DNA of 64,000 nt from Clostridium sp. (GTDB lineage Bacteria; Bacillota; Clostridia; Clostridiales; Clostridiaceae), in assembly GCF_036569345.1 (NCBI RefSeq), contig NZ_DATCQT010000090.1, positions 4,201 to 68,200 of the forward strand. The letters are read 5' to 3'. Shown one piece after another: positions 29,430 through 38,439 of this stretch (position 1 is the stretch's first letter; each line of letters starts with the position of its first letter). The notes beneath the pieces were generated by a model. It saw only the letters and a list, made by a program, of their open reading frames with translations, did not search any database and was not told the DNA's origin. Both the position numbers and the translations under genes were made by a program.

Positions 29430-29908
29430 TTTTTGTATATTTTTTATAATTAGTATAAATTAAACCATTATGAATCAAATATTAATTAAGCTTAAAATTT
29501 TCTAAAAGCTATTATTAAACTTAATGCTTTTCATTTTTTACACTTATATAAAACACGTTATGACAATATATTTTTTCTTTTTAAACGTTTTTATGATTAA
29601 TCTATAAATAAAATACCTATGTTCCTCTTTACATTAAAAAACTATGATGATGAAACTGCAGTATTAGTCTATATTTGTTCCACGAAAATTAAAGGATTAT
29701 GACATGTAACGTTGAAGTAAATAATTCGGGGATTTTTATAAAAAGTATCTAGCTCTCTTCAGTTATTTACTTCCACGTCTTCATAATTTAACCTTTCATT
29801 AACATATAATAATTATAGTTATACAGAATAAATGCATATAAAATTATGTGTTTGTTCTATCGAGGGTACAATTTCAATGTTACTAAAAAATTTGGGGGAA
29901 TATAAAAA

Positions 29909-31993
29909 GTGAAAAAACTAACGACACTATTAATAACAACAGCATTAACATCAGCAGTAATTTTAGGTACAAATACTTTGATAACTCAAAGTAAGTCCAA
30001 AGCGCCAATCAAAAGCAATGTTTCTATTGCAAGACAAAAAACATTGTTATCCGAAAACACACCAGTTCCTGAGAAAGAGCTACTAGCTAAAGATAATGTT
30101 GATGTTTTGGCTATAAAAAAAACTACGACTCTTGCTTTAGATAATGCAAAACAAGCAGAAGCTATCAAATCGGCACAAATTGCTGCAACTGCTGGAAAAC
30201 AAGAAGAAATTGATAGAATAGCGGCTGAGAGACCAGCTACGTCTAAGCAGCCTGCAATAGCAAAAAATAATGTAACCCCACAGCAGAAAACTGCGAGTGT
30301 ACAAAGAGCTAATCTAGCTACAGCAAACACAAGTAGTCTAACTCAAGATGAAGAAGATGAAGCTGCTGCAGCAGCAGCTGAAGCGGCAGCAGCCGAAGCA
30401 GATAGGCTAGCTCAGATAGCAGCAGCTAACCATGCTATACTAATGCGTAACCAAACAGTAACTACAACAAGATTATCATCTTACTTAACACCTGCAGCTA
30501 ATGTTATTAGTGTACTAAACAGAGCTGTAGCACTCCATAGTGGAGATCCAGCAAATAATTGTGTTTATTTTTCAAGTGAAGCATTGAGAAGAATAGGTGT
30601 ATCAGTTCCACTAGCAACATGCAATACAGGACAATATTTATCTTATTTTCGTGCACATGCATGGATAACCTCGTCCGCAATTAAAGAACTTATACCAGGA
30701 AATATTTGTTTTACTACTAACGGCTGGAATGGCTATCCTACTCATACCTTTGTATTTATGGGATGGGTTACTGACGGAGACTATACTTGGGCATATGTAG
30801 CAGACAACCAAGGTACCTCTGTTCATGTACGTAACATGGGTGCAACCACTGAAACAGATGCTTTTGCTTACTATGTGCATACACCTACCACTCCTCAAGC
30901 ATTTGCTGCATTATCATCGGGATATAACAGTATTTATGTTGGTTGGAACACCGTAGCTGGAGTGAGTGGATATGAAGTTTCCAGAGCAACATCAAGTAAT
31001 GGAAGTTACACTTTAATAGCAACAACTTCAGCAACAAGGTTTAACAATACAGGACTTACAACCAATAATGCTTATTATTACAAAGTTAGGTCATATAAAG
31101 TAGTTGGTTCGGTTAAACAGTACAGTCCCATTTCAAATACAGTAAGTTCAAAACCAATACCATCTGCGCCATCAACAATAAGAATAGCTTCATCTTCATA
31201 TAACAGTATCAATACTATTTGGCTCGCTATAGCTGGAGCTAATGGATATGAAGTTTATAGTGCAACATCAAGTGACGGATTATACACTTTAATGTCTAAT
31301 ACTACAGCCCTAAGTTATAAGGATACTGGACTTACAACAAATAGTACTTATTACTATAAATTTAGATCATATAGGATGGTTGGCAGTGTAAAAATCTTCA
31401 GTGTTTTCTCAAATCCTATAAGTTCAACACCAATACCATCACCTCCAAAATCAGTTAACGCAACATCATCTTCACCTAGCAGTATAACTACTAGTTGGAA
31501 TACTGTAACTGGAGCAGCTGGATATGAAGTTTACGGTGCGCTATCAAGTAACGACACATACAATCTTTTACTTGATACTACCGGAAATAGTTATAACAAT
31601 ACTGGTCTTACAACATATAACAATTATTTCTATGTAGTTAGAGCATATACTATGGTTGATGATATAAAAGTGTACAGCAATTGGTCAATCGTAGTTAGTG
31701 CACATCCAGTACCAGCAGGCCCAGTAAATCTTGTAGCTACTAGAAAAAGCTCTAGTATTATTAGACTTACTTGGAGCCCCATAACAGGAGCGAGTGGTTA
31801 TGAAGTATATAAAGCTACCTCAAGTACTGGAACATATAGCTTATTATCAAGCATGTCATCTCCATATCAATATTATACAAATTATAATTTAACAACAGGA
31901 AAAACTTATTACTATAAAGTAAGATCGTTCCTAACTGTTGGGAATACAAGAATATATGGTAATTGGAGTACAGTAGTACATGCTACAACATAG
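29909..31993 (+). CDS. Secreted protein: Ala-rich stalk, papain-like (NlpC/P60/CHAP-like) domain, four fibronectin type III repeats
   Basis: NNCVYFSSEAL...PTHTFVF Cys/His pair; 4x W..V.GA.GYEVY.A.S..G.Y...Y.YKVRSY. Confidence 0.75.
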   Translation: MKKLTTLLITTALTSAVILGTNTLITQSKSKAPIKSNVSIARQKTLLSENTPVPEKELLAKDNVDVLAIKKTTTLALDNAKQAEAIKSAQIAATAGKQEEIDRIAAERPATSKQPAIAKNNVTPQQKTASVQRANLATANTSSLTQDEEDEAAAAAAEAAAAEADRLAQIAAANHAILMRNQTVTTTRLSSYLTPAANVISVLNRAVALHSGDPANNCVYFSSEALRRIGVSVPLATCNTGQYLSYFRAHAWITSSAIKELIPGNICFTTNGWNGYPTHTFVFMGWVTDGDYTWAYVADNQGTSVHVRNMGATTETDAFAYYVHTPTTPQAFAALSSGYNSIYVGWNTVAGVSGYEVSRATSSNGSYTLIATTSATRFNNTGLTTNNAYYYKVRSYKVVGSVKQYSPISNTVSSKPIPSAPSTIRIASSSYNSINTIWLAIAGANGYEVYSATSSDGLYTLMSNTTALSYKDTGLTTNSTYYYKFRSYRMVGSVKIFSVFSNPISSTPIPSPPKSVNATSSSPSSITTSWNTVTGAAGYEVYGALSSNDTYNLLLDTTGNSYNNTGLTTYNNYFYVVRAYTMVDDIKVYSNWSIVVSAHPVPAGPVNLVATRKSSSIIRLTWSPITGASGYEVYKATSSTGTYSLLSSMSSPYQYYTNYNLTTGKTYYYKVRSFLTVGNTRIYGNWSTVVHATT

Positions 31994-32065
31994 AGTATAA
32001 AACTAAAATCTCAATTAAAAAGACATCTTATCATAGGATTTAACCTAAGGTAAGGTGTCTTCTTT

Positions 32066-32123
32066 AATTCGGGTGGTGCCTGGCACCCTGCGGGTAATGC
32101 CTGTCACTTCGCGACAAAATTCG
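32066..32123. repeat. REP-like palindromes at the 3' flank of the RAYT gene
   Basis: aattcgggtggtgcctggcaccc and cgggtaatgcctgtcac, then acaaaattcg. Confidence 0.75.
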
Positions 32124-32128
32124 TTTTA

Positions 32129-32686
32129 TCAGTCAATGCTCTGTTCTACAAATTTTTTATATAATTCTCTACAGTTAATACTTCTATAATAATTAAGAAT
32201 TTTACTAGAATCTATTAACTTCTCTTCATTTAAGCCTATAAACATTCCATAACTACTCCATTTATAATTTTCTGGGGCTTGCACCATATTTGCTTTTACA
32301 GGATTTAAATGTATATACCGACTCACTTCTAATTTATAAGTCTCATCTTGAATAATATCCCAATGATATCTTCCTTGAAATAAATGCCCTATTAAAATAT
32401 ACTTATTGTTAAAGTATCTTGTATAAAATTCATTCAATCTCTTCATTATTTTACTTATTATTTCATTATTTGTTTCTATAACTAAATGTACATGATTTGT
32501 CATCATGCAATAGCAATATAATATAGCATTGTACTTTTCTAATACTTCTCCTAATATTCTAATGTAAACTTTATAATCTTCTACATCTCTAAAAATATCA
32601 TTTCTATGATTCCCTCGTTCAGTTATATGATATGTTGCTCCAGGATACCATATAAGTGCTTTTCTTCCCATATAATAAGCCTCCAT
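32129..32686 (-). CDS. REP-associated tyrosine transposase (RAYT; Y1/HUH)
   Basis: PGATYHITERGNHRNDIF, YCMMTNHVHL (HUH), GHLFQGRY, YIHLNPVKA, YKWSSY. Confidence 0.9.
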   Translation of the reverse strand: MEAYYMGRKALIWYPGATYHITERGNHRNDIFRDVEDYKVYIRILGEVLEKYNAILYCYCMMTNHVHLVIETNNEIISKIMKRLNEFYTRYFNNKYILIGHLFQGRYHWDIIQDETYKLEVSRYIHLNPVKANMVQAPENYKWSSYGMFIGLNEEKLIDSSKILNYYRSINCRELYKKFVEQSID

Positions 32687-32836
32687 GGTTTTATTAATTA
32701 TACTTAGAATATTCCCAATAATATTAATTTAAATCATTATTCAGTACATTTTTAAACACAAAAAGAGAACCGCCACTTAAATGACGATTCTTACTTTTTA
32801 TTTATTCTGCTATGCTGGTCCAAGTTCTCATTTTTC

Positions 32837-32898
32837 CACAAAATTCGGGCGATGCCTGACTCCCTTCGGGTGACAAAATTCGGGTGGTGCCTGTCACC
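32837..32898. repeat. REP-like palindromes on the 5' side of the RAYT gene
   Basis: acaaaattcgggcgatgcctgactccc and acaaaattcgggtggtgcctgtcacc; same consensus as 32066-32123. Confidence 0.75.
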
Positions 32899-32916
32899 TT
32901 TCTATAATGTCACCTA

Positions 32917-34110
32917 CTATATTCCAAAAATTTGTCTTAATAAAGAAAGATTTCCCGCATCGACATTCACAGCTAATGCATACTTAAATTGATTCTTACT
33001 AGCTGAATCCAAAGTACTATAAATAGACCTAACCGACGCTTGATCTCCGGCAGAACTATAGGATGGATTTGATGCCATTTTACCCATACTTGACTGCATT
33101 ATTGATATAATCTGCTTTCCTTTTGAAGTCTGTACCTGAGAATATGCACCACTTAGATTCGCCTGAGCTTTAGCTAATGCAACCCGCGTAGTCTCATTTT
33201 GTTGCTCTGCTATTTTTTCTTTTTCCGCTGCAGCCTTTTGAGCCTTTTCAGCTTCTAACCTGATTTTTTCTAATTCTTTCTTTTTATCACTGTTTGTTGC
33301 TTCAGCGATAGCTTTATCAATCTTAGTAATACTATCACCTATAACTATTTTCTTTTCTTCTATTGATTTACCCTTAGCTTTTACTATGATATTTTGAATT
33401 TCAGTTAATTTTGCTTTTTCTGCCGTATTCATAAGTACAGAAGCACTTTGTAATTTTTGTTTCAATATCTCTAGTTGTATATCAATCTCTGCCTCATTCA
33501 TTTTATTAAGCTCTTCAAATGAGGTTTTCATGACCTGCCCTAAAGCTATTCCTAATATTTTATTATTTCTAATTGTAAGACTGCTTATCTTAAAAGGAAA
33601 TAGACTTGGATTAATTTTAATTGAATTTCCCTCAACAGAAAAGCTATTATTTTTAAGCTTTGAAATTTGAGAAATAACAAATTTTTTAGGTAATGTGATC
33701 AAACCAATTTTAAAATAATCAGCATCATATGTAACTTTCCCATTAGAAAAACTTAGTTTTCCCTTGGTGGTCAATAATAAATTAATCTTATTCTCACTTA
33801 TAGGTGCCTTAATTAAAAGCTCATCATTTAAAATTTCTACATTAACTCCCTTAAGAGTTATATCTCCTTTGGTTATTGCCTTTGCAAAATATAGGTTGCT
33901 TAACTCATCTATATTCTTTTGAGTTAGTTCAAATTCTCCACCTTTTGCCTGTATAACTGCAAGTTTACCTATAACCTCTGTAGTAGTCGTTTTATTAATC
34001 ACCACTCCACCATTATATAAAATGCTGTATGAGAAAATTGCTAGTGCAGCAAATAAAATAATCAGTGCCCATATTAGTTTGTTTTTCTTAAATCCCTTAG
34101 TTATAGCCAT
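32917..34110 (-). CDS. Membrane-anchored hypothetical protein with beta-rich N-domain and coiled-coil C-terminus
   Basis: 397-aa ORF, N-terminal TM, KLEAEKAQKAAAEKEK coil. Confidence 0.7.
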   Translation of the reverse strand: MAITKGFKKNKLIWALIILFAALAIFSYSILYNGGVVINKTTTTEVIGKLAVIQAKGGEFELTQKNIDELSNLYFAKAITKGDITLKGVNVEILNDELLIKAPISENKINLLLTTKGKLSFSNGKVTYDADYFKIGLITLPKKFVISQISKLKNNSFSVEGNSIKINPSLFPFKISSLTIRNNKILGIALGQVMKTSFEELNKMNEAEIDIQLEILKQKLQSASVLMNTAEKAKLTEIQNIIVKAKGKSIEEKKIVIGDSITKIDKAIAEATNSDKKKELEKIRLEAEKAQKAAAEKEKIAEQQNETTRVALAKAQANLSGAYSQVQTSKGKQIISIMQSSMGKMASNPSYSSAGDQASVRSIYSTLDSASKNQFKYALAVNVDAGNLSLLRQIFGI

Positions 34111-34302
34111 ATTCTCCCCCCAATGTTTTTATATTTATATATTACCATGTATACCAGATTAATTTTAAGCTTTAATTTAGAAAGTTGCAAATAATTTTTT
34201 CTTTAAATTTACCATCTGTCGAAATCTAGTGGAAATTAGCACAAAAAATATCTACTATTAAAAGGGATTATTCTATATAATATAGAATAAGTAATATATG
34301 AA

Positions 34303-34385
34303 ATATTTTAGGGGAAACGATGAAGTACGTTCTGCATTTGGGCACCTGGAACGTATTGAGTTTATGGTGCAACCCACCCAATCTG
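34303..34385 (+). ncRNA. Cyclic di-GMP class II riboswitch
   Basis: ggaaacgatgaa-tacgttc..gggcacctg-gaacgta-ttgagtt..gtgcaacc matches class II consensus; gcac/gtgc pseudoknot; followed by a terminator. Confidence 0.85.
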
Positions 34386-34407
34386 TGTAAACAGGTTGGT
34401 TTTTTTT
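34378..34407 (+). terminator. Riboswitch expression-platform terminator
   Basis: ccaatctgt-gtaa-acaggttgg followed by T8. Confidence 0.8.
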
Positions 34408-34480
34408 ATGCTTTTATATGTAACTTAGTAAATAATAATAATATTCATAACTAAAATAATTAAATAGGGGGAGATATAAA

Positions 34481-34744
34481 ATGCTTTTTAATGGGATATT
34501 CAAGAAAAAAATATCAATAAAACAAGGTGAGAAACTTCTTACAGAATATTGTAAAGTAAATGGATTTGATGATAAGTCGGAATGGAAAAAAACTAGCCAT
34601 GCTAAAAATTTCTTTGCTTATCACAAACTATCAAATAAAAGAGTGTCAAATAATTGGGTATCCTATCACCCTAGTAGAGGGAATAATAAATATAGCGTAT
34701 GGATTGATTTAGTATCCAAGGAAATAAGAGAAGTTTTAAGGTAG
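34481..34744 (+). CDS. Hypothetical 87-aa basic protein downstream of the c-di-GMP-II riboswitch
   Basis: RBS aggggga; first ORF after the riboswitch terminator. Confidence 0.75.
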   Translation: MLFNGIFKKKISIKQGEKLLTEYCKVNGFDDKSEWKKTSHAKNFFAYHKLSNKRVSNNWVSYHPSRGNNKYSVWIDLVSKEIREVLR

Positions 34745-34754
34745 GGAACATAAC

Positions 34755-35426
34755 TTAGATAATAATACCATCTTTAATTTCAATTATTCTATCTGTCTGT
34801 TTTGCTATTCGCTCGTCATGAGTTATTATTATAAAAGTAGTTCCAAGCTCTTTGTTTATATCTCTAAATAAATTATATATATGTTCGGAGTTCTGAGAAT
34901 CCAAATTTCCTGTAGGCTCATCTGCCAGTATTATTTTAGGGTTGTTCATAAGTGCTCTTGCAATTGCAACCCTTTGCTGCTCCCCACCTGACAAGTTATA
35001 TACTTTATTCCTCTTAACCGTTGGAAGTCCCACAAGTTCTAGAAGTTCTTTTGCTTTTTCACGAGTTTTTCTGCCATAGAAAAAATTTCTTATATTTTGT
35101 GGCATAAGAACATTCTCAATGGCATTAAACTCTGGCAATAAATAATGAAATTGAAATACAAACCCTATTTCGCGATTTCTAATTGAAGCTAAAGCCCTTC
35201 TACTCATTTTGTCTATTCTTTTACCCTCCATTTGCACTTGTCCACTTGTTGGCCTATCAAGCATTCCTATTATATTTAATAAGGTCGTTTTACCGCTTCC
35301 TGATGCTCCTATAATAGAATTAAAAGATCCTTTATCAATGGATAGATTTATATTATTTAATACCTGCGTTTTCACTCTTCTTCCGTATATTTTATTGATA
35401 TTTTTTAATTCTAGAATACTATCCAT
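34755..35426 (-). CDS. ABC transporter ATP-binding protein (LolD/MacB-like)
   Basis: GASGSGKT, LSGGEQQRV, ILADEPTGNLD. Confidence 0.92.
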   Translation of the reverse strand: MDSILELKNINKIYGRRVKTQVLNNINLSIDKGSFNSIIGASGSGKTTLLNIIGMLDRPTSGQVQMEGKRIDKMSRRALASIRNREIGFVFQFHYLLPEFNAIENVLMPQNIRNFFYGRKTREKAKELLELVGLPTVKRNKVYNLSGGEQQRVAIARALMNNPKIILADEPTGNLDSQNSEHIYNLFRDINKELGTTFIIITHDERIAKQTDRIIEIKDGIII

Positions 35427-36576
35427 TTTTTATAACCTCCACAGGTGTTAATTTAAAGGATTTTATAGCTGGGAAAAATGCCGCTGAAGTTGCTGCTATT
35501 ATATCAATAATACATAATTTGATTATAAAACTATAATTTACTATTATTTTAATTATCGGTGCTCCATCAACTGGTGAAACTATATACCTATTAAAACCTT
35601 TTACATATAAATAAGTTAAACCCACACCAAGTATTGTACCAAGTACACCTAGTATAAAAGCTTGAATTAAAAATATAAAGGCGGCAGAGCCATCTTTTAT
35701 TCCCATAGCCTTTAAAATACCTATCTGCTTGTATTTCTGAACTACACTTATACTCATTATACTTATTATACTTAAAACGGCAGCAATCATTACGCTAACC
35801 TGAATTATAAGGCTACATACTTTTTCACCCGTTATTGCACTTACTAAAAGCTTGTTTTGATCTTTCCAATTTTCTATCTTTAAGGTTTTATCATTTAGAC
35901 CCTTTTTTAGCTTACTTGCAATAATATCTGCGTTATAAGGATCACTTGTAGATAATTCCATAGAGGTTGCAGCATCACCAAAACCCGCTAAATTTTGAGC
36001 AGTTTTTAAATCTGTTATAACTAAAATCTTATTAACCTTTATTGTATCTAAATCATAAAATCCTACCACTTTTAGAACCATTTTTCTATTGTCAGCTGTT
36101 ACTATGTTAATGTTATCTTTTATTTTTAAGCCTAGTTTTTCACTAAGTTCTTTTCCAACCAAAACTTCATTATGATTTTTCACAGCTTTTCCTTTATAGA
36201 TTTTATCGTTCATATTATATAATGATTCCAAATCTTTAGAAACAAACCCTCTAATTTGTATCGGTTCAGTCATATTTCTAATATTAAGATTTGCACTATA
36301 CTCAACTACTGGTGAAACTGATATTATTTTACTATCCAGTTTTTTAATTTTAACTTCCTTTTCATGATAATTTTCTATTATATTATTTGTAGGATAGATT
36401 GTTATATGAGTTGAATTTCCAACCACTTTATCAAGCAATGAGGTTTCGAGTCCAGTGCTTAGTATCCCAACAAATATTTGCACTGAAATACCGATGGCAA
36501 TACCTAAAACTATTACAAATGTTTGTATCTTACTGTTTATTAAAAATCTCCAGGCTATCTTTAGTGCTGTAAACAT
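35419..36576 (-). CDS. ABC transporter permease (FtsX/LolE/MacB-like)
   Basis: N-terminal TM, large extracytoplasmic loop, QIGILKAMG, three C-terminal TMs; overlaps the ATPase gene. Confidence 0.88.
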   Translation of the reverse strand: MFTALKIAWRFLINSKIQTFVIVLGIAIGISVQIFVGILSTGLETSLLDKVVGNSTHITIYPTNNIIENYHEKEVKIKKLDSKIISVSPVVEYSANLNIRNMTEPIQIRGFVSKDLESLYNMNDKIYKGKAVKNHNEVLVGKELSEKLGLKIKDNINIVTADNRKMVLKVVGFYDLDTIKVNKILVITDLKTAQNLAGFGDAATSMELSTSDPYNADIIASKLKKGLNDKTLKIENWKDQNKLLVSAITGEKVCSLIIQVSVMIAAVLSIISIMSISVVQKYKQIGILKAMGIKDGSAAFIFLIQAFILGVLGTILGVGLTYLYVKGFNRYIVSPVDGAPIIKIIVNYSFIIKLCIIDIIAATSAAFFPAIKSFKLTPVEVIKNG

Positions 36577-36709
36577 ACTATCTAGCCCCCACTTTATTTT
36601 TTATTTTGAAACTTTATAACTAGCTTTATAATAGAATACCATATTTTATTAAAAATAGACATTCTGTGGAACCTTATTATGCGACCTTAGTATTATGTTT
36701 TTTCACCTT

Positions 36710-37819
36710 TTAACTGCCAATTATGAACTTTAAAATTTTTGTTTTCTTGATTACATATGAAATCCCCAGCGAACCAAATAAAATAATAATAAACATAGAA
36801 GGCACCACTAAAAATGGAGAAATGTTTTTATCTGCAATATACTTTAGCATTATGTAAATCAATGGCGAATGGAAAAGATAAATTGCAAAACTTTCTTTGT
36901 CTAAAAACTTGAGGGTTCTGTTACTATTTAAGCTTTTATATTTATAGCTTATTAATGATAAAACAAAGAAGTAAAAAATAGTACCAGAAATATTACTCAA
37001 TAAGAATATAGAATTTTTAAATAATGTTCCAATTATATTATTATTAGAGGTTTTAAGTGAAACAGCTAAAAATAAAACCTGTAAAACAAATAATATAACA
37101 ATTAAAACAGTGTTCTTTTTTCCCTTAAATTCACTCACAAAATTTTTCTCATATTTTCTAATAATATAACCCAAATAAAAGAACATAAAATAATGTATTG
37201 AACCTGAAATTTGAAATAAATTAGGGAATTTATAACTAATGATATTTGCACATGCTATAATAATAAAACTAGCGGGTACACCAATTTTATTAATTATAGC
37301 CTCAAGTAAATAAAAGGCTATAAATATTTCAAATATGGCTAATAAGTACCATAAATGTCCCACGTCTATCCCAGTGAGAATATACTTATAAATTATTTTG
37401 ATTGCATTATAACCATGATAACCTTTATAATCAATCATCATTCTAATTGGTAATACGTAAATAAGTGCAACACAAATGTATGGCACTAATAACCTCTTTA
37501 CTTTGTCCAATGAAAACTTACCTAACTTCTTATATTTTCCACACTCCTTCCTACAATAATAATACATATACCCTGAAATAAAAATAAACAGTGGCATTTG
37601 GAAAGTGTCAATATAAATCTTTAATGTATTAAAAAAACTTGATTTAACAAGTGGAGTATAAATGCCCCAACTGTACTGATAAACAACCATACTGTGTCCT
37701 AAAACAACTATTAAAATAGCAAACGTTCTTAGTAAGGATATGTTATTTAGATATCCCCTTTCTTTTGGAATTTCCATATAGTTCCTCCTTAACTTGATAA
37801 GTTTGTGTATTAATAGCAA
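36710..37819 (-). CDS. Acyltransferase family 3 membrane protein
   Basis: NISLLRTFAILIVVLGHS, FQMPLFIFISGY, RLLVPY, GHLWYL, FAIYLFH. Confidence 0.88.
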   Translation of the reverse strand: MLLIHKLIKLRRNYMEIPKERGYLNNISLLRTFAILIVVLGHSMVVYQYSWGIYTPLVKSSFFNTLKIYIDTFQMPLFIFISGYMYYYCRKECGKYKKLGKFSLDKVKRLLVPYICVALIYVLPIRMMIDYKGYHGYNAIKIIYKYILTGIDVGHLWYLLAIFEIFIAFYLLEAIINKIGVPASFIIIACANIISYKFPNLFQISGSIHYFMFFYLGYIIRKYEKNFVSEFKGKKNTVLIVILFVLQVLFLAVSLKTSNNNIIGTLFKNSIFLLSNISGTIFYFFVLSLISYKYKSLNSNRTLKFLDKESFAIYLFHSPLIYIMLKYIADKNISPFLVVPSMFIIILFGSLGISYVIKKTKILKFIIGS

Positions 37820-37937
37820 TTATAACATATTTCATTAAAATTCGACTTATTTTTCATTGTATTCATTTTTTAGCGATGCCCTTAAGCTGAATATTTGCTG
37901 ATAAAGTAGTAATCCACCCAATAAAATGATTCTTAAC

Positions 37938-38085
37938 TACGAAAAACTACTGAATATATGCTCCCATATATTCAGTAGTTTTCATCACTGGCTATCTCCA
38001 AGTTTTTTGTCTCTATTTTTTAAATCTCTAAACTTCTCAACCGTAATTCACTTTAAATTTGCATCTAATGTCACATTTTAGGTTT
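37938..38085 (-). repeat. Dispersed ~150-bp repeat (distal, degenerate copy of the 56-63 kb family)
   Basis: aaactactgaatat..atattcagtagtt, ctggctatctccaagttttttgtctct, aaacttctca, gcatc shared with 56120 and 62550 copies. Confidence 0.7.
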
Positions 38086-38096
38086 ACTAATAAAAT

Positions 38097-38336
38097 TTAT
38101 TTTACGGCTCTACTTTCATTAATTACATTGCCTATCTTATTAATTGTTCCCTCTGTATGTGCAACTTTAAAAGTAATATTATCAATTTCTGCTTTATGTG
38201 TAGTATTACTGTGCTCAATAGCATTTACAACAGAAAATATTTCATCCTGCCTTATTTCCATATTCTTTTGTCTTTCGTCCATAGTATCTAATTTTTTCAT
38301 CAACATTTCAAACATTTTCTTTGTTTCATTATCCAT
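38097..38336 (-). CDS. Small coiled-coil protein, paralog of 62793-63053
   Basis: MDNETKKMFEMLMKKLD...; RBS ggcggtga; near-identical second copy. Confidence 0.8.
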   Translation of the reverse strand: MDNETKKMFEMLMKKLDTMDERQKNMEIRQDEIFSVVNAIEHSNTTHKAEIDNITFKVAHTEGTINKIGNVINESRAVK

Positions 38337-38439
38337 TCTAAATCACCGCCACTATTTTAATCTTCAAGTACTATAATTGTAACATCTTCAAACTTCTTTA
38401 TCAATATATACCTAATCTTAAATTAACTTATTAAACATA

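Noticed and set aside
32129-32686. IS200/IS605 element with TnpB
   Set aside because: No tnpB next to any Y1 gene; RGNHR..IF, TNHVHL and YIHLNP motifs plus REP-like flanks fit RAYT better.
34217-34223. Spo0A box TGTCGAA upstream of the riboswitch
   Set aside because: A single 7-mer can occur by chance in 64 kb; no second box.
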